Positions 1-8,573 of a DNA stretch of 64,000 nucleotides are shown here, one piece after another. A model generated the notes under the pieces. The model was not told the origin of the DNA, made no database searches, and saw only the letters and a program-made list of their open reading frames with translations. A program made the position numbers and the translations under genes. This DNA is from a virus (taxonomy: Duplodnaviria; Caudoviricetes). Within the stretch, counting starts at the first letter, position 1. Each line of letters opens with the position of its first letter. Location: IMG/VR virus record IMGVR_UViG_3300042885_001472. One strand, 5' to 3'.

Positions 1-2
1 AT

Positions 3-611
3 ATGTATCAAATACCTCAACCAGTACCAATTAATTTAACTTATGAAGTTAGATTTTTTTGTAGTAAAATGAGAGATCTTAACCTTTTGAATAGTAAGAT
101 AATGAGAACATTTAAATCGTTACAAGCTTACATTAAAGTAAATGGACACCCAATGCCATTGATATTGGAATCAATTGGTGACGAAAGTCAAATTGAAGAT
201 TTTGAATCAAAAAGATATTATGTTCAACTTTATGAAATTAAATTACAAGGATATCTTTTATGTGAAGATGATTTTAAAGTTATCCCTGCGATAACAAGAA
301 ATATGAATTTAGTGGAATTAGATGAAAAAGTTAGTAATGTATTACTTAGTAAGAAATTTTTACCAGATGGTGTTTCAATAATGTTAAACATTGTTTTTAG
401 AACAAATAAGAATAGTGTTAATATAATTTTAAATGAATCCGCTACTTATAACGCGATTTCAACAGTAAATATTAATAGTTACACATTAAGTGTGAATGGT
501 ACACCAGTCACAGCCCCATTCCCAATAAATGCGGGTGACGAATTAGGTATTCATATAGTACGAAATACTAACTATGAAGCGACAATTACTTTAAATGGAT
601 TATTAATATGA
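3..611 (+). CDS. Probable tail completion/sheath-stabiliser (T4 gp15/gp3-like) protein, probably truncated at the window edge
   Basis: PVPINLTYEVRFF...ESIGDES...RYYVQLYEIKLQGYL resembles tail-terminator folds; lies at the start of a tail gene cluster; ORF begins at base 3. Confidence 0.45.
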   Translation: MYQIPQPVPINLTYEVRFFCSKMRDLNLLNSKIMRTFKSLQAYIKVNGHPMPLILESIGDESQIEDFESKRYYVQLYEIKLQGYLLCEDDFKVIPAITRNMNLVELDEKVSNVLLSKKFLPDGVSIMLNIVFRTNKNSVNIILNESATYNAISTVNINSYTLSVNGTPVTAPFPINAGDELGIHIVRNTNYEATITLNGLLI

Positions 612-964
612 GTAGTAACGGATGTGGTACTAATGGTGAAATAATTAAAACATATATTATTGATGATTACCCATCAGCTTGTGATGTAGTAAATACAGAT
701 GAAATTAATTCGTGTTCTTTAACTGGTATTACGTTTAGTGACTCATTATTACCCATTAACGATGGTATAATTGATTTAGGTACACCAAGTAGAAGATTTA
801 GAGATGTTAACACAGCTAGTGGGACAACTACAATATGGACAGCTACTGGGATAATTTATACACCAATTTTAGATTTAGGTTTAGATCTAAGTGGTAATAC
901 AAGACAAATAACAGCGGAAAATTCAATAATTCAAGACGATATTTTAAATGGCGGTACTTGGTAA
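608..964 (+). CDS. Small virion/fibre-associated protein
   Basis: ATGA overlap with upstream gene; DLGTPSRRFRDV fibre-type motif; C-terminal ILNGGTW resembles the RLDGGTY end of the next gene. Confidence 0.5.
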   Translation: MSSNGCGTNGEIIKTYIIDDYPSACDVVNTDEINSCSLTGITFSDSLLPINDGIIDLGTPSRRFRDVNTASGTTTIWTATGIIYTPILDLGLDLSGNTRQITAENSIIQDDILNGGTW

Positions 965-1000
965 AAATTAAAAATTAATGATATTTAAATAAAATAAACA

Positions 1001-2551
1001 ATGGCTATAAGGAAAACGACACACATATTAAAAAATACCCAAACAAATAATAAATCATTACCATCAAATGGTATTGAAATGGGTGAACCATTAGTAAATC
1101 TATTTAATGGTATATTATATTTCTCTGGAACAAGTGGTGGGAATTTCACACCAAGTGATAATAATTCAACTTATTTTGAAGTTGGTTCTAATATCAATAA
1201 TTTAGTTATTAGGGATCAAATAACTTCTTATAGTGGTGTTACCAATTTAACCGGTAAATTTTTATCAGGATCAACAAATGGTTTTGTTTTAGCGGATATA
1301 ACATCAATCGCTGGTGTGGATAGTTACGTTACAGGTGTTACGTGGTCACCAAATACATTAACCATTAGTTTAAATAATGGTAAACCAAATGTACCGGTAA
1401 CTCTAAGTGCGTTCACTGATATTGATTTATATGGTAATAATGTTGTTAAAGGTAATTTAAATGTTACTGGTACAACTACACTTGAAAGTTTAAGTTATTA
1501 TAACCCCACAGTTTTAGGAACAAATCCATTAGAAATAACTAATGTTGGTTATTTAACTGGATATGTCAATACAAATGAAATTTATGTAACAGGTGGTACA
1601 GTTTCAGTACCAGCTACAAATAATACAAATTCAGCGACAATTGGATTATATTATAAAAATCTTAATATCCCACACACATTACCATTCCAAAATACCTATA
1701 CAACTGGTGGTACATATAATTCAGGTACATCTTCAATTGATTTTAAAAGAAATGATGGGGTAAATTATAGTGTAGATTTAAGTAATATAGATATAAATGA
1801 TACATATGTTACAGGTTTCACTTATAATGGAACTAATAATTCATTAACTATAAGTAGGAATCAGGGTGAACCAGATTTAACACAATATATAACATCATTT
1901 TCTGGTATATCTATTGGTAATTTAACTTCTGGTCAAGTTGTTTACGCGGGTGTTAGTGGAGAATTAAAAACTGATACTACCGGTGAATTCGCGTATGATG
2001 ATTCAACGAACACATTAACACTTGGAACTACTAGTGGTAACTTAGTTGTTAATAACGGACTTTCTGATGGTCCGGTAAAATTTGGACAAGGTGGTTTAAC
2101 TATTGGTTCAAACGGATCAATTAGTACCCCTGGTATTGGGGACTTAATAGTCCATGGTAATTTTATAGTATTTGGTACTGGTACAACTGTAGCTACAAAT
2201 GAATTATATGTTGAAGACCCACAAATAACATTAAACTATAATCCAACTGGTGACACTTCAATAACATCTTTAGCCTCTGGTATTAGAATTCAAAATGGAG
2301 CTGGATTACTATCCGGTATAACCTCTGGTGACACTTATTTTACTATCACCCAATTAAACACTTTAACTGGTTTAACAGGGACACAAATACCTGATGTTAC
2401 AGAATACACTGGTAGTGAAGGTTATAATAATAGGGGTTGGTTAACACAATTAAATGATATCGTTATTAGAAATACTAATTTTAACAATGGAGCTCCGAAT
2501 GGGGTAAGGGTCTTATGCGAATGGGATCGACTCGATGGGGGAACCTATTAA
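1001..2551 (+). CDS. Tail fibre/whisker-like structural protein (Gly/Thr/Asn-rich, 516 aa)
   Basis: N-terminal GEPLVNLFNGILY motif (Mtd N-terminal-like, by eye); repeated DxY(V/T)TG(G/F/V)T(Y/W) modules; ends DGGTY. Confidence 0.6.
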   Translation: MAIRKTTHILKNTQTNNKSLPSNGIEMGEPLVNLFNGILYFSGTSGGNFTPSDNNSTYFEVGSNINNLVIRDQITSYSGVTNLTGKFLSGSTNGFVLADITSIAGVDSYVTGVTWSPNTLTISLNNGKPNVPVTLSAFTDIDLYGNNVVKGNLNVTGTTTLESLSYYNPTVLGTNPLEITNVGYLTGYVNTNEIYVTGGTVSVPATNNTNSATIGLYYKNLNIPHTLPFQNTYTTGGTYNSGTSSIDFKRNDGVNYSVDLSNIDINDTYVTGFTYNGTNNSLTISRNQGEPDLTQYITSFSGISIGNLTSGQVVYAGVSGELKTDTTGEFAYDDSTNTLTLGTTSGNLVVNNGLSDGPVKFGQGGLTIGSNGSISTPGIGDLIVHGNFIVFGTGTTVATNELYVEDPQITLNYNPTGDTSITSLASGIRIQNGAGLLSGITSGDTYFTITQLNTLTGLTGTQIPDVTEYTGSEGYNNRGWLTQLNDIVIRNTNFNNGAPNGVRVLCEWDRLDGGTY

Positions 2552-2581
2552 TGGTGGATACTATTAACTTTTTATTTTAAT

Positions 2582-2611
2582 AAAAGGATGGGTTATCTCA
2601 TCCTTTTTTTT
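2582..2611 (+). terminator. Rho-independent terminator
   Basis: AAAAGGATGGG-TTAT-CTCATCCTTTT stem (one G-U pair) followed by a T-run, just after the 516-aa gene. Confidence 0.8.
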
Positions 2612-2692
2612 ATTAAGACATATTTATCTTTAGGTTATATAACCATTAAAACATAAACTCTATATAGAGTAGAATTATTTTAAACCATCAAT

Positions 2693-3400
2693 ATGGCTGA
2701 TAAGATAAAAACACCTGTTATTTATAAAATAACAAATTTAATAACTAATAAAATCTATATTGGTAGTACTAATAATTTCCATCTTAGGAAATATACCCAT
2801 TTAAATCATTTACGGAATAATAAACATTGTAACAAAATATTACAAAATTCTTGGAATAAACATAGTGAAATTAATTTTAATTTTGAAATAATAGAACACA
2901 CTACACAAGATAATTTAATGATCTTAGAACAATATTATTTAGATTTATATAAACCATATAATAAAGATATTGGTTATAATATAGCTAAACTAGCTTGCCC
3001 TAATAATTCCGGTATAAAACATATTACTAAACAAATAGCTTGGAATAAGGGATTAAAATTACCGGCTTCTTGGAATAAAAATAAAAAATTAACTAAAGAA
3101 CATAAAGAAAAGTTGAGTATATCCGCTAAACTAAGGAAGAGATTACCTTGTTCTAATGAAACTAAAATTAAAATTAGTCTAAAACAGATAGGTAAAAATG
3201 GTAATAATTATGGTAAACCTACAAATAGAAAAAAAGTATATAAGTTTGATTTAAATAATAATTTAATTAAAGAATATGATTTTTTAAGTGAAGTAACCAA
3301 AGATGGTTTTAACTTTAAAAAAGTTAGTGCAGTTGCTTTAGGTAAGGGTAAAACACATAAAAATTATAAATGGTCTTACAACATTAACTATGAGTGTTAG
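2693..3400 (+). CDS. Free-standing GIY-YIG homing endonuclease with NUMOD3/NUMOD1-type DNA-binding tail
   Basis: VIYKITNLITNKIYIGST...R...H...N..LQNSWNK...E..LEQYY...GYN; C-terminal KKVYKFDLNNNLIKEY...KGKTHKNYKW. Confidence 0.9.
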   Translation: MADKIKTPVIYKITNLITNKIYIGSTNNFHLRKYTHLNHLRNNKHCNKILQNSWNKHSEINFNFEIIEHTTQDNLMILEQYYLDLYKPYNKDIGYNIAKLACPNNSGIKHITKQIAWNKGLKLPASWNKNKKLTKEHKEKLSISAKLRKRLPCSNETKIKISLKQIGKNGNNYGKPTNRKKVYKFDLNNNLIKEYDFLSEVTKDGFNFKKVSAVALGKGKTHKNYKWSYNINYEC

Positions 3401-5771
3401 GAAAAATAAATTATTATTAAAAGGTTCAAATGTACCAGGTAAAGTACCTAGTGATGGTGATTTAGAATTAAAAGAATTGGCACTAAATTTTGCTGATGTT
3501 ATTTTATACGCTTCTGGTACTACCGCAAATTCTATAATACCAATCGGATGGGATCGAGTAGCTAGAACTGGTGATATTATGACTGGCACTCTATACGTAC
3601 CAAGTATATCTGCCACAACAATTTCAGCGACAACTTTCTATGGTGACGGACAATATTTAACAGGTATTAATGATTATTATGTAACAGGTGGAACTTTTAG
3701 TGGGACTACCTTAACATTAAATAGACAAGATGGTTCTATATTAGTAACTGGTTTTACATCTACTTCAGTTGATACATACACAACTGGGTTTACATATTCA
3801 AACAATAATTTAACAATATTACAAAATAATAACCAATCCCCATTAAATGTAAATATATCATTAATGACTGGTTTAACGGTTAATGGGAATTCTAATTTTA
3901 ATGTAGTAACCGCGACATCAGTTAGTAATTTAAATTATATTATTTTTAATACTGGTACAACAAGTGGTACTACCCTACCAGGTACTGTTTATTTTGATAA
4001 TACTGAAAAAGCGTTATCGTATAACACATCAATTAATCAAGGTGTTACGGTAAATTTAGGTCAACAAAATTATATACGAGTTTTTAATAATAGTGGTGTA
4101 GATATACAAAGGGGTAAAGCGTTAGAAATATTATCAGCCTATAATGGTTTACCATCGGTAATCTTAGCGATAAATAAACATGAAGGTTTTAGTATCATAG
4201 GTATGTCCGCTGAAATAATTCCTAATAATACTGAAGGGATTGTTATCACTAGTGGTATTATTAGTAATATAGAATTAACTGGTATGACGGTTGGTTCACT
4301 GATGTACGCTTCAGATAGTATTCCTGGTAATATAGATGAGGCTAGTAAATATTTCACATTTCCTTTAACCGCTAGAACAAATAGTGTTGGTTATGTTATT
4401 CAAACAGGTAGTACTACCGGAAAGTTATTTGTTAATATAGAAAATGAAAATCCTATACTATCTTTTACCGATTTAGAGAGAAATGTATTAGAAGGTAATG
4501 TTATATCTACAGGTGTATTTGAGTTTAAAGGTATTTCAATATCAACCGGTAATACATTTAATGTTGGTAGTGTAGAAGCTTATATAGTAGACAATACATC
4601 AAATCCATTAAAACCAAACGCTTTATATGTACCATTTATCGGTCAAAGTGGTTTAACTACACCCTATCTAACAACTGATACCGAAACATATATTTTATTA
4701 ACAAGTGGTGGGACAATATCATTACAACCAACATTCCCAACACCACAACAAAGAAGATTATCCATTTATTTAGGTAAATTAGGTCATGGTAATAAAACAT
4801 CACTTATTAACGCTTTTAATGAACCAGATTTAGATATTTCACCATTATCACAACTTCGTGATGTGTTCTCACCAATTAAACTTATAAATGATGGGGTTGT
4901 AAGTAGTCCAAATGGTGTTAATTTAAATTTTAACACAAGTGCTGGTTATATTTGGGGGTTAGGTATTAATTTCGTTAACGATGTTTTAAATCCAAGTCGT
5001 TTTACCGTACCTTCTAATAGTCCAACAACATTTCAATATAGAACACGGACTGGAGGAACAGCTTCAAATACAACTCTAGTTATACCAGGTAGTTATGATC
5101 TAAATGGTGTCATTACACCTGTTGGAACGCCCGCAAAACAAGCTACAAACCAAAGGATATTCTTATTACAAAATGGTCAAATTAGGTTACAATATGGTCA
5201 ACAAAAATATATTGATTTACCCACAGCAATAGCTGCCACACAAAATGAAAATTTTACGACATTTGCTAATTTTAGAGATAACGCTATTCTTATAGGTGTT
5301 TTATCATTACGTTCAGACGCAACTAATTTATCAAGTACTAGTCAAGCTTTATTTCACATAGTATCTAAATTTGGTGAACTTGGTGGTGGTACTGCAGGTA
5401 TATCTACAACAACACTTCAACAAGCCTACAATAATTCATCTAACCCAGAGATTATAACAAACCCAACACAAAATAGTGTTCAATTTCGTGGTGGCACTGG
5501 TAATGATACAGATAAAACTATTACACTTGAAAATAACATAGGTACTCCAACAGCTTGGATTTTAGGTGATGGTGGTGCCACGTTTAGTTCAGTTTCAGCG
5601 ACAACTTATTATAATTTACCAACAACTGTTGATACATATACTACTGGATTTACCTATTCAAATAACAATCTAACCATAAGTCAAAATCAAGGTCAATCTC
5701 CATTAACAGTTAATATTTCATCTATAACAAACTCAGCTACAAACTTATTTAACTATTATAATTTTATATAA
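3390..5771 (+). CDS. Tail fibre-like structural protein (793 aa)
   Basis: N-terminal KVPSDGDLELKELALNFADVILY (Mtd N-terminal-like, paralogous to 1001..2551); Thr/Gly-rich; duplicated DTYTTGFTYSNNNLTI module. Confidence 0.6.
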   Translation: MSVRKNKLLLKGSNVPGKVPSDGDLELKELALNFADVILYASGTTANSIIPIGWDRVARTGDIMTGTLYVPSISATTISATTFYGDGQYLTGINDYYVTGGTFSGTTLTLNRQDGSILVTGFTSTSVDTYTTGFTYSNNNLTILQNNNQSPLNVNISLMTGLTVNGNSNFNVVTATSVSNLNYIIFNTGTTSGTTLPGTVYFDNTEKALSYNTSINQGVTVNLGQQNYIRVFNNSGVDIQRGKALEILSAYNGLPSVILAINKHEGFSIIGMSAEIIPNNTEGIVITSGIISNIELTGMTVGSLMYASDSIPGNIDEASKYFTFPLTARTNSVGYVIQTGSTTGKLFVNIENENPILSFTDLERNVLEGNVISTGVFEFKGISISTGNTFNVGSVEAYIVDNTSNPLKPNALYVPFIGQSGLTTPYLTTDTETYILLTSGGTISLQPTFPTPQQRRLSIYLGKLGHGNKTSLINAFNEPDLDISPLSQLRDVFSPIKLINDGVVSSPNGVNLNFNTSAGYIWGLGINFVNDVLNPSRFTVPSNSPTTFQYRTRTGGTASNTTLVIPGSYDLNGVITPVGTPAKQATNQRIFLLQNGQIRLQYGQQKYIDLPTAIAATQNENFTTFANFRDNAILIGVLSLRSDATNLSSTSQALFHIVSKFGELGGGTAGISTTTLQQAYNNSSNPEIITNPTQNSVQFRGGTGNDTDKTITLENNIGTPTAWILGDGGATFSSVSATTYYNLPTTVDTYTTGFTYSNNNLTISQNQGQSPLTVNISSITNSATNLFNYYNFI
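3768..3860 (+). repeat. Copy 1 of a 31-codon intragenic repeat (copy 2 at 5628..5720)
   Basis: VDTYTTGFTYSNNNLTILQNNNQSPLNVNIS vs VDTYTTGFTYSNNNLTISQNQGQSPLTVNIS; DNA differs mostly at third codon positions. Confidence 0.9.
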
Positions 5772-5793
5772 AAATAAAAAAAAACAAAAAAAT

Positions 5794-6051
5794 ATGATGA
5801 CTTACACAGCACCAGACGGAACAATAATAGAATCATTACCATATCCACAAGAGGTAAATTATACCTCAATATGTGAAGGAATAGTTGATGGTATTTATTA
5901 TTCAATGGAAACAACAGGAGCAGCAACTATTATTGGAATCCAACAAATTAAGATTAGAAGATTTGTTGAGAATAACAATATGGACTTATCAATCATAATG
6001 AGCTCTGACGCAGAGTTGATTGAATATCAAAATAATAATAAATTAATATAA
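5794..6051 (+). CDS. Small hypothetical protein (fibre-associated/chaperone candidate)
   Basis: 85-aa ORF with an A-rich leader, located between fibre genes. Confidence 0.5.
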   Translation: MMTYTAPDGTIIESLPYPQEVNYTSICEGIVDGIYYSMETTGAATIIGIQQIKIRRFVENNNMDLSIIMSSDAELIEYQNNNKLI

Positions 6052-6057
6052 TATAAC

Positions 6058-6477
6058 ATGGCAGCAAATACAGTCCCTATAATGATTCTTAATGGTAATT
6101 TTATACCTGGTAGAATAGCAGCAGCAAATACAGCTTCAGATGGTTCTGGAGCATTGGTAATAGTAGTAACAGGTGGAACTGAAGGTTCTAGAGTAGATGG
6201 AATAAGATTTACAAACTCATCAACAAGTGCCTCAACAGCAACCGCTAAAGTTTTTAAAATATTTTTATCAGATACTAGTGGAGCCAATTTTAAAATTATT
6301 GGTGAAGTTATAGCAGCAGCTGTAACAAGAAGTAATACGGTGGCTGGTCAAACGGCTATTTATACTTTTGACCAAGCAATTATTATGCAAAGTGGTCAAA
6401 TTATATCTGTATGCCAATCAGTATACACAACAGCAGCAGACCAAACAGATGCTATTGCATTTGCAGGAAATTATTAA
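6058..6477 (+). CDS. Small beta-rich virion/fibre-associated protein
   Basis: MAANTVPI...AANTASDGSG...GGTEGSRVDGIRF; Ala/Thr-rich; closely coupled to neighbouring ORFs. Confidence 0.55.
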   Translation: MAANTVPIMILNGNFIPGRIAAANTASDGSGALVIVVTGGTEGSRVDGIRFTNSSTSASTATAKVFKIFLSDTSGANFKIIGEVIAAAVTRSNTVAGQTAIYTFDQAIIMQSGQIISVCQSVYTTAADQTDAIAFAGNY

Positions 6478-6483
6478 TAGAAT

Positions 6484-8466
6484 ATGGCAGCTAGAACGGT
6501 TAGTATATTAGGTGGAAATTGGAATGCAACAGCAACTTGGGTTGGTGGTGTAGTTCCTCTTGTTGGAGATACAGTTGATTTTACAGCATTATCTGGACCT
6601 CTTGTTGTTAATATAGCAACGGTTATTTTAGCTGGTATAAATTTTACTAATTATGTTAATACAATTACTTTTAATAATATTATCCAATTAAATGGAAGTT
6701 TAAATTTAGGAACAGGTGGTTACACACAAGCTGGAGCAAGTGGATTATGGTTACTTGGTAACACAAGTATAAGTGGAACTACTGTTTGGACTAGAACATT
6801 TACAGTATCTATAGGCTCTGCTGTAACATTTACTTTATCAAATAACTTAAATTTAACTGATTTATCATTAACTGGTAATGGTGGTTTATTAAGTTTTATA
6901 TTAGGTGGAAATGTAGTATCAATATCTAATAATATATCTTTTTTTGGAAATGGTTCATTTACCTTAAATATTCCTAACGATTTACAAATAACCAATCTAT
7001 TACTTGGTGCTAATAATGCTCGTACTTGTGTTATAAATGGTTTTACTTTATCTATATCTGGTAATTTAACTCAAAGTCAAGGCATATTCATAACATCTGG
7101 TACGGCATCAATTTTATTAAATGGTACTGGAACTTGGAGTAATACTAGTACAGGAGCTTTAAGAAACAATTTAACAATTGATACTGCTGGAACAATTACA
7201 ATAAGTGGAACTGTATATTTTAATTCAGCAACAATTACCTATATTCAAGGGAATGTTATAACAACAGGAAGTACCTTGGTTATAGCTGGTATAACTACGT
7301 TAAATTGTGGAAATATGAATGATATAATTACAAATAAATGGAATAATATTGTTTCTGCGTCTGGAGCTTATGTGTTAATTAGTGATTTAAACTGTCAAAA
7401 TTTTACAGGAGGTGGTGGTGCTGTTACTTTTACTAATTCTGGAGGAAATATTTTTATCTCTGGTAATTTATTACATAATAGTAGTGGTGCTATATTAGGT
7501 ACAGCAAGTATTAATTTAATTGGTACAGGAACTTGGACTGATACAACTACAAATGACATAAGAAGTAACTTAAATATTAACACTACAGGAACAATTACTA
7601 TAGTTGGTAATATTGCTTATAGTGTAGGAACTTTAACATATATTTCTGGAACAGTAGTTACTACAAGTTCTACATTAACTCTTGGTAATGGAGCAATTTT
7701 AGATACAAATGGAATTACGTGGAATAATATTATTCCATCTGGGACTGTTACTTTGACAAGTGATTTATATTTTAGTGGTTTATTTGCAAATTCAGCAGCT
7801 AGTGCTTTTAATATAAATGGTTCTAATATTTATTGTATGAGTGGAAAATTACAAGGTTTAGGTAATGGTATTATATTTTCAGGAACTTCTACTTTTATTT
7901 TTAAAGGTGATTCAAGTTTTTTTACACAATATTCAGGATTTAATCTTGCTTTAAATACAATAATAGATTGTAATACACTCACTTTAGCAAGTAATAATAC
8001 AACTCAATTTTCATCATTTAGTACAAAAACATTAACTTATGTTAGCGGTAAAATAAATAAAAGAGCATATTTACAATTACTTTCAAATTGTACATTAATT
8101 AATTTTAATAAATGTATAATAGATAATATTGTAATAACAACTGGACAAATTATAACTATGAATGAGTTTTTTAGTGGTAATCCAAGTAAAATTATAAAAT
8201 TAACATCAACAAGTCTATCAACAAATTATACAATAGCCTTTCAAAATGGTTTTGAAAAAATAGCAAAATTTGTTGATATTAATAATTGTACATTATCAAA
8301 ACCACTACAATTATTGGTTATTACTAATAGTCCAAGAAATTCAACTAATAGAGGTATAAGATACATCAATCAAAGTCCAAATGGGATAGCTAAAAATAAT
8401 CCAAGTATTAATGTTCCTATGACATTTGGTGCAGGGGGATTATTATCTGATCCAAATATGAGGTAA
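6484..8466 (+). CDS. Putative beta-helix/beta-solenoid receptor-binding or tailspike-like protein (660 aa)
   Basis: GGNWNATATWVGGVVP N-terminus (G8/autotransporter-like); repeated LNGTGTW...NLTINTxGTITI.G units; almost no charged residues. Confidence 0.5.
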   Translation: MAARTVSILGGNWNATATWVGGVVPLVGDTVDFTALSGPLVVNIATVILAGINFTNYVNTITFNNIIQLNGSLNLGTGGYTQAGASGLWLLGNTSISGTTVWTRTFTVSIGSAVTFTLSNNLNLTDLSLTGNGGLLSFILGGNVVSISNNISFFGNGSFTLNIPNDLQITNLLLGANNARTCVINGFTLSISGNLTQSQGIFITSGTASILLNGTGTWSNTSTGALRNNLTIDTAGTITISGTVYFNSATITYIQGNVITTGSTLVIAGITTLNCGNMNDIITNKWNNIVSASGAYVLISDLNCQNFTGGGGAVTFTNSGGNIFISGNLLHNSSGAILGTASINLIGTGTWTDTTTNDIRSNLNINTTGTITIVGNIAYSVGTLTYISGTVVTTSSTLTLGNGAILDTNGITWNNIIPSGTVTLTSDLYFSGLFANSAASAFNINGSNIYCMSGKLQGLGNGIIFSGTSTFIFKGDSSFFTQYSGFNLALNTIIDCNTLTLASNNTTQFSSFSTKTLTYVSGKINKRAYLQLLSNCTLINFNKCIIDNIVITTGQIITMNEFFSGNPSKIIKLTSTSLSTNYTIAFQNGFEKIAKFVDINNCTLSKPLQLLVITNSPRNSTNRGIRYINQSPNGIAKNNPSINVPMTFGAGGLLSDPNMR

Positions 8467-8528
8467 AAGTATCTAATTACAAATAATTCTTTAAATTTTC
8501 AATAAAAAAGTTCTTTCTGTTTACTCTA

Positions 8529-8537
8529 TATATTTAT
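8529..8537 (+). promoter_or_regulatory. NATATTTAT putative phage (late) promoter element before the sheath gene; representative of about 16 copies
   Basis: Same motif 5-70 nt upstream of starts at 980, 2619, 11424, 14651, 15245, 16956, 19988, 23214, 30859, 31851, 36504, 42200, 44443, 44870, 61139. Confidence 0.6.
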
Positions 8538-8573
8538 TATTAAAACAATAATATTTAAACAAAAAAATTAATA

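Noticed and set aside
2552-3400. Group I intron carrying the GIY-YIG ORF
   Set aside because: Flanking genes are complete ORFs with their own ends and starts, and a terminator precedes it; it looks free-standing.
3768-5720. Diversity-generating retroelement TR/VR pair (fibre genes have Mtd-N-like starts)
   Set aside because: Mismatches are mostly synonymous third positions involving all bases, not adenine-specific; no reverse transcriptase in the window.
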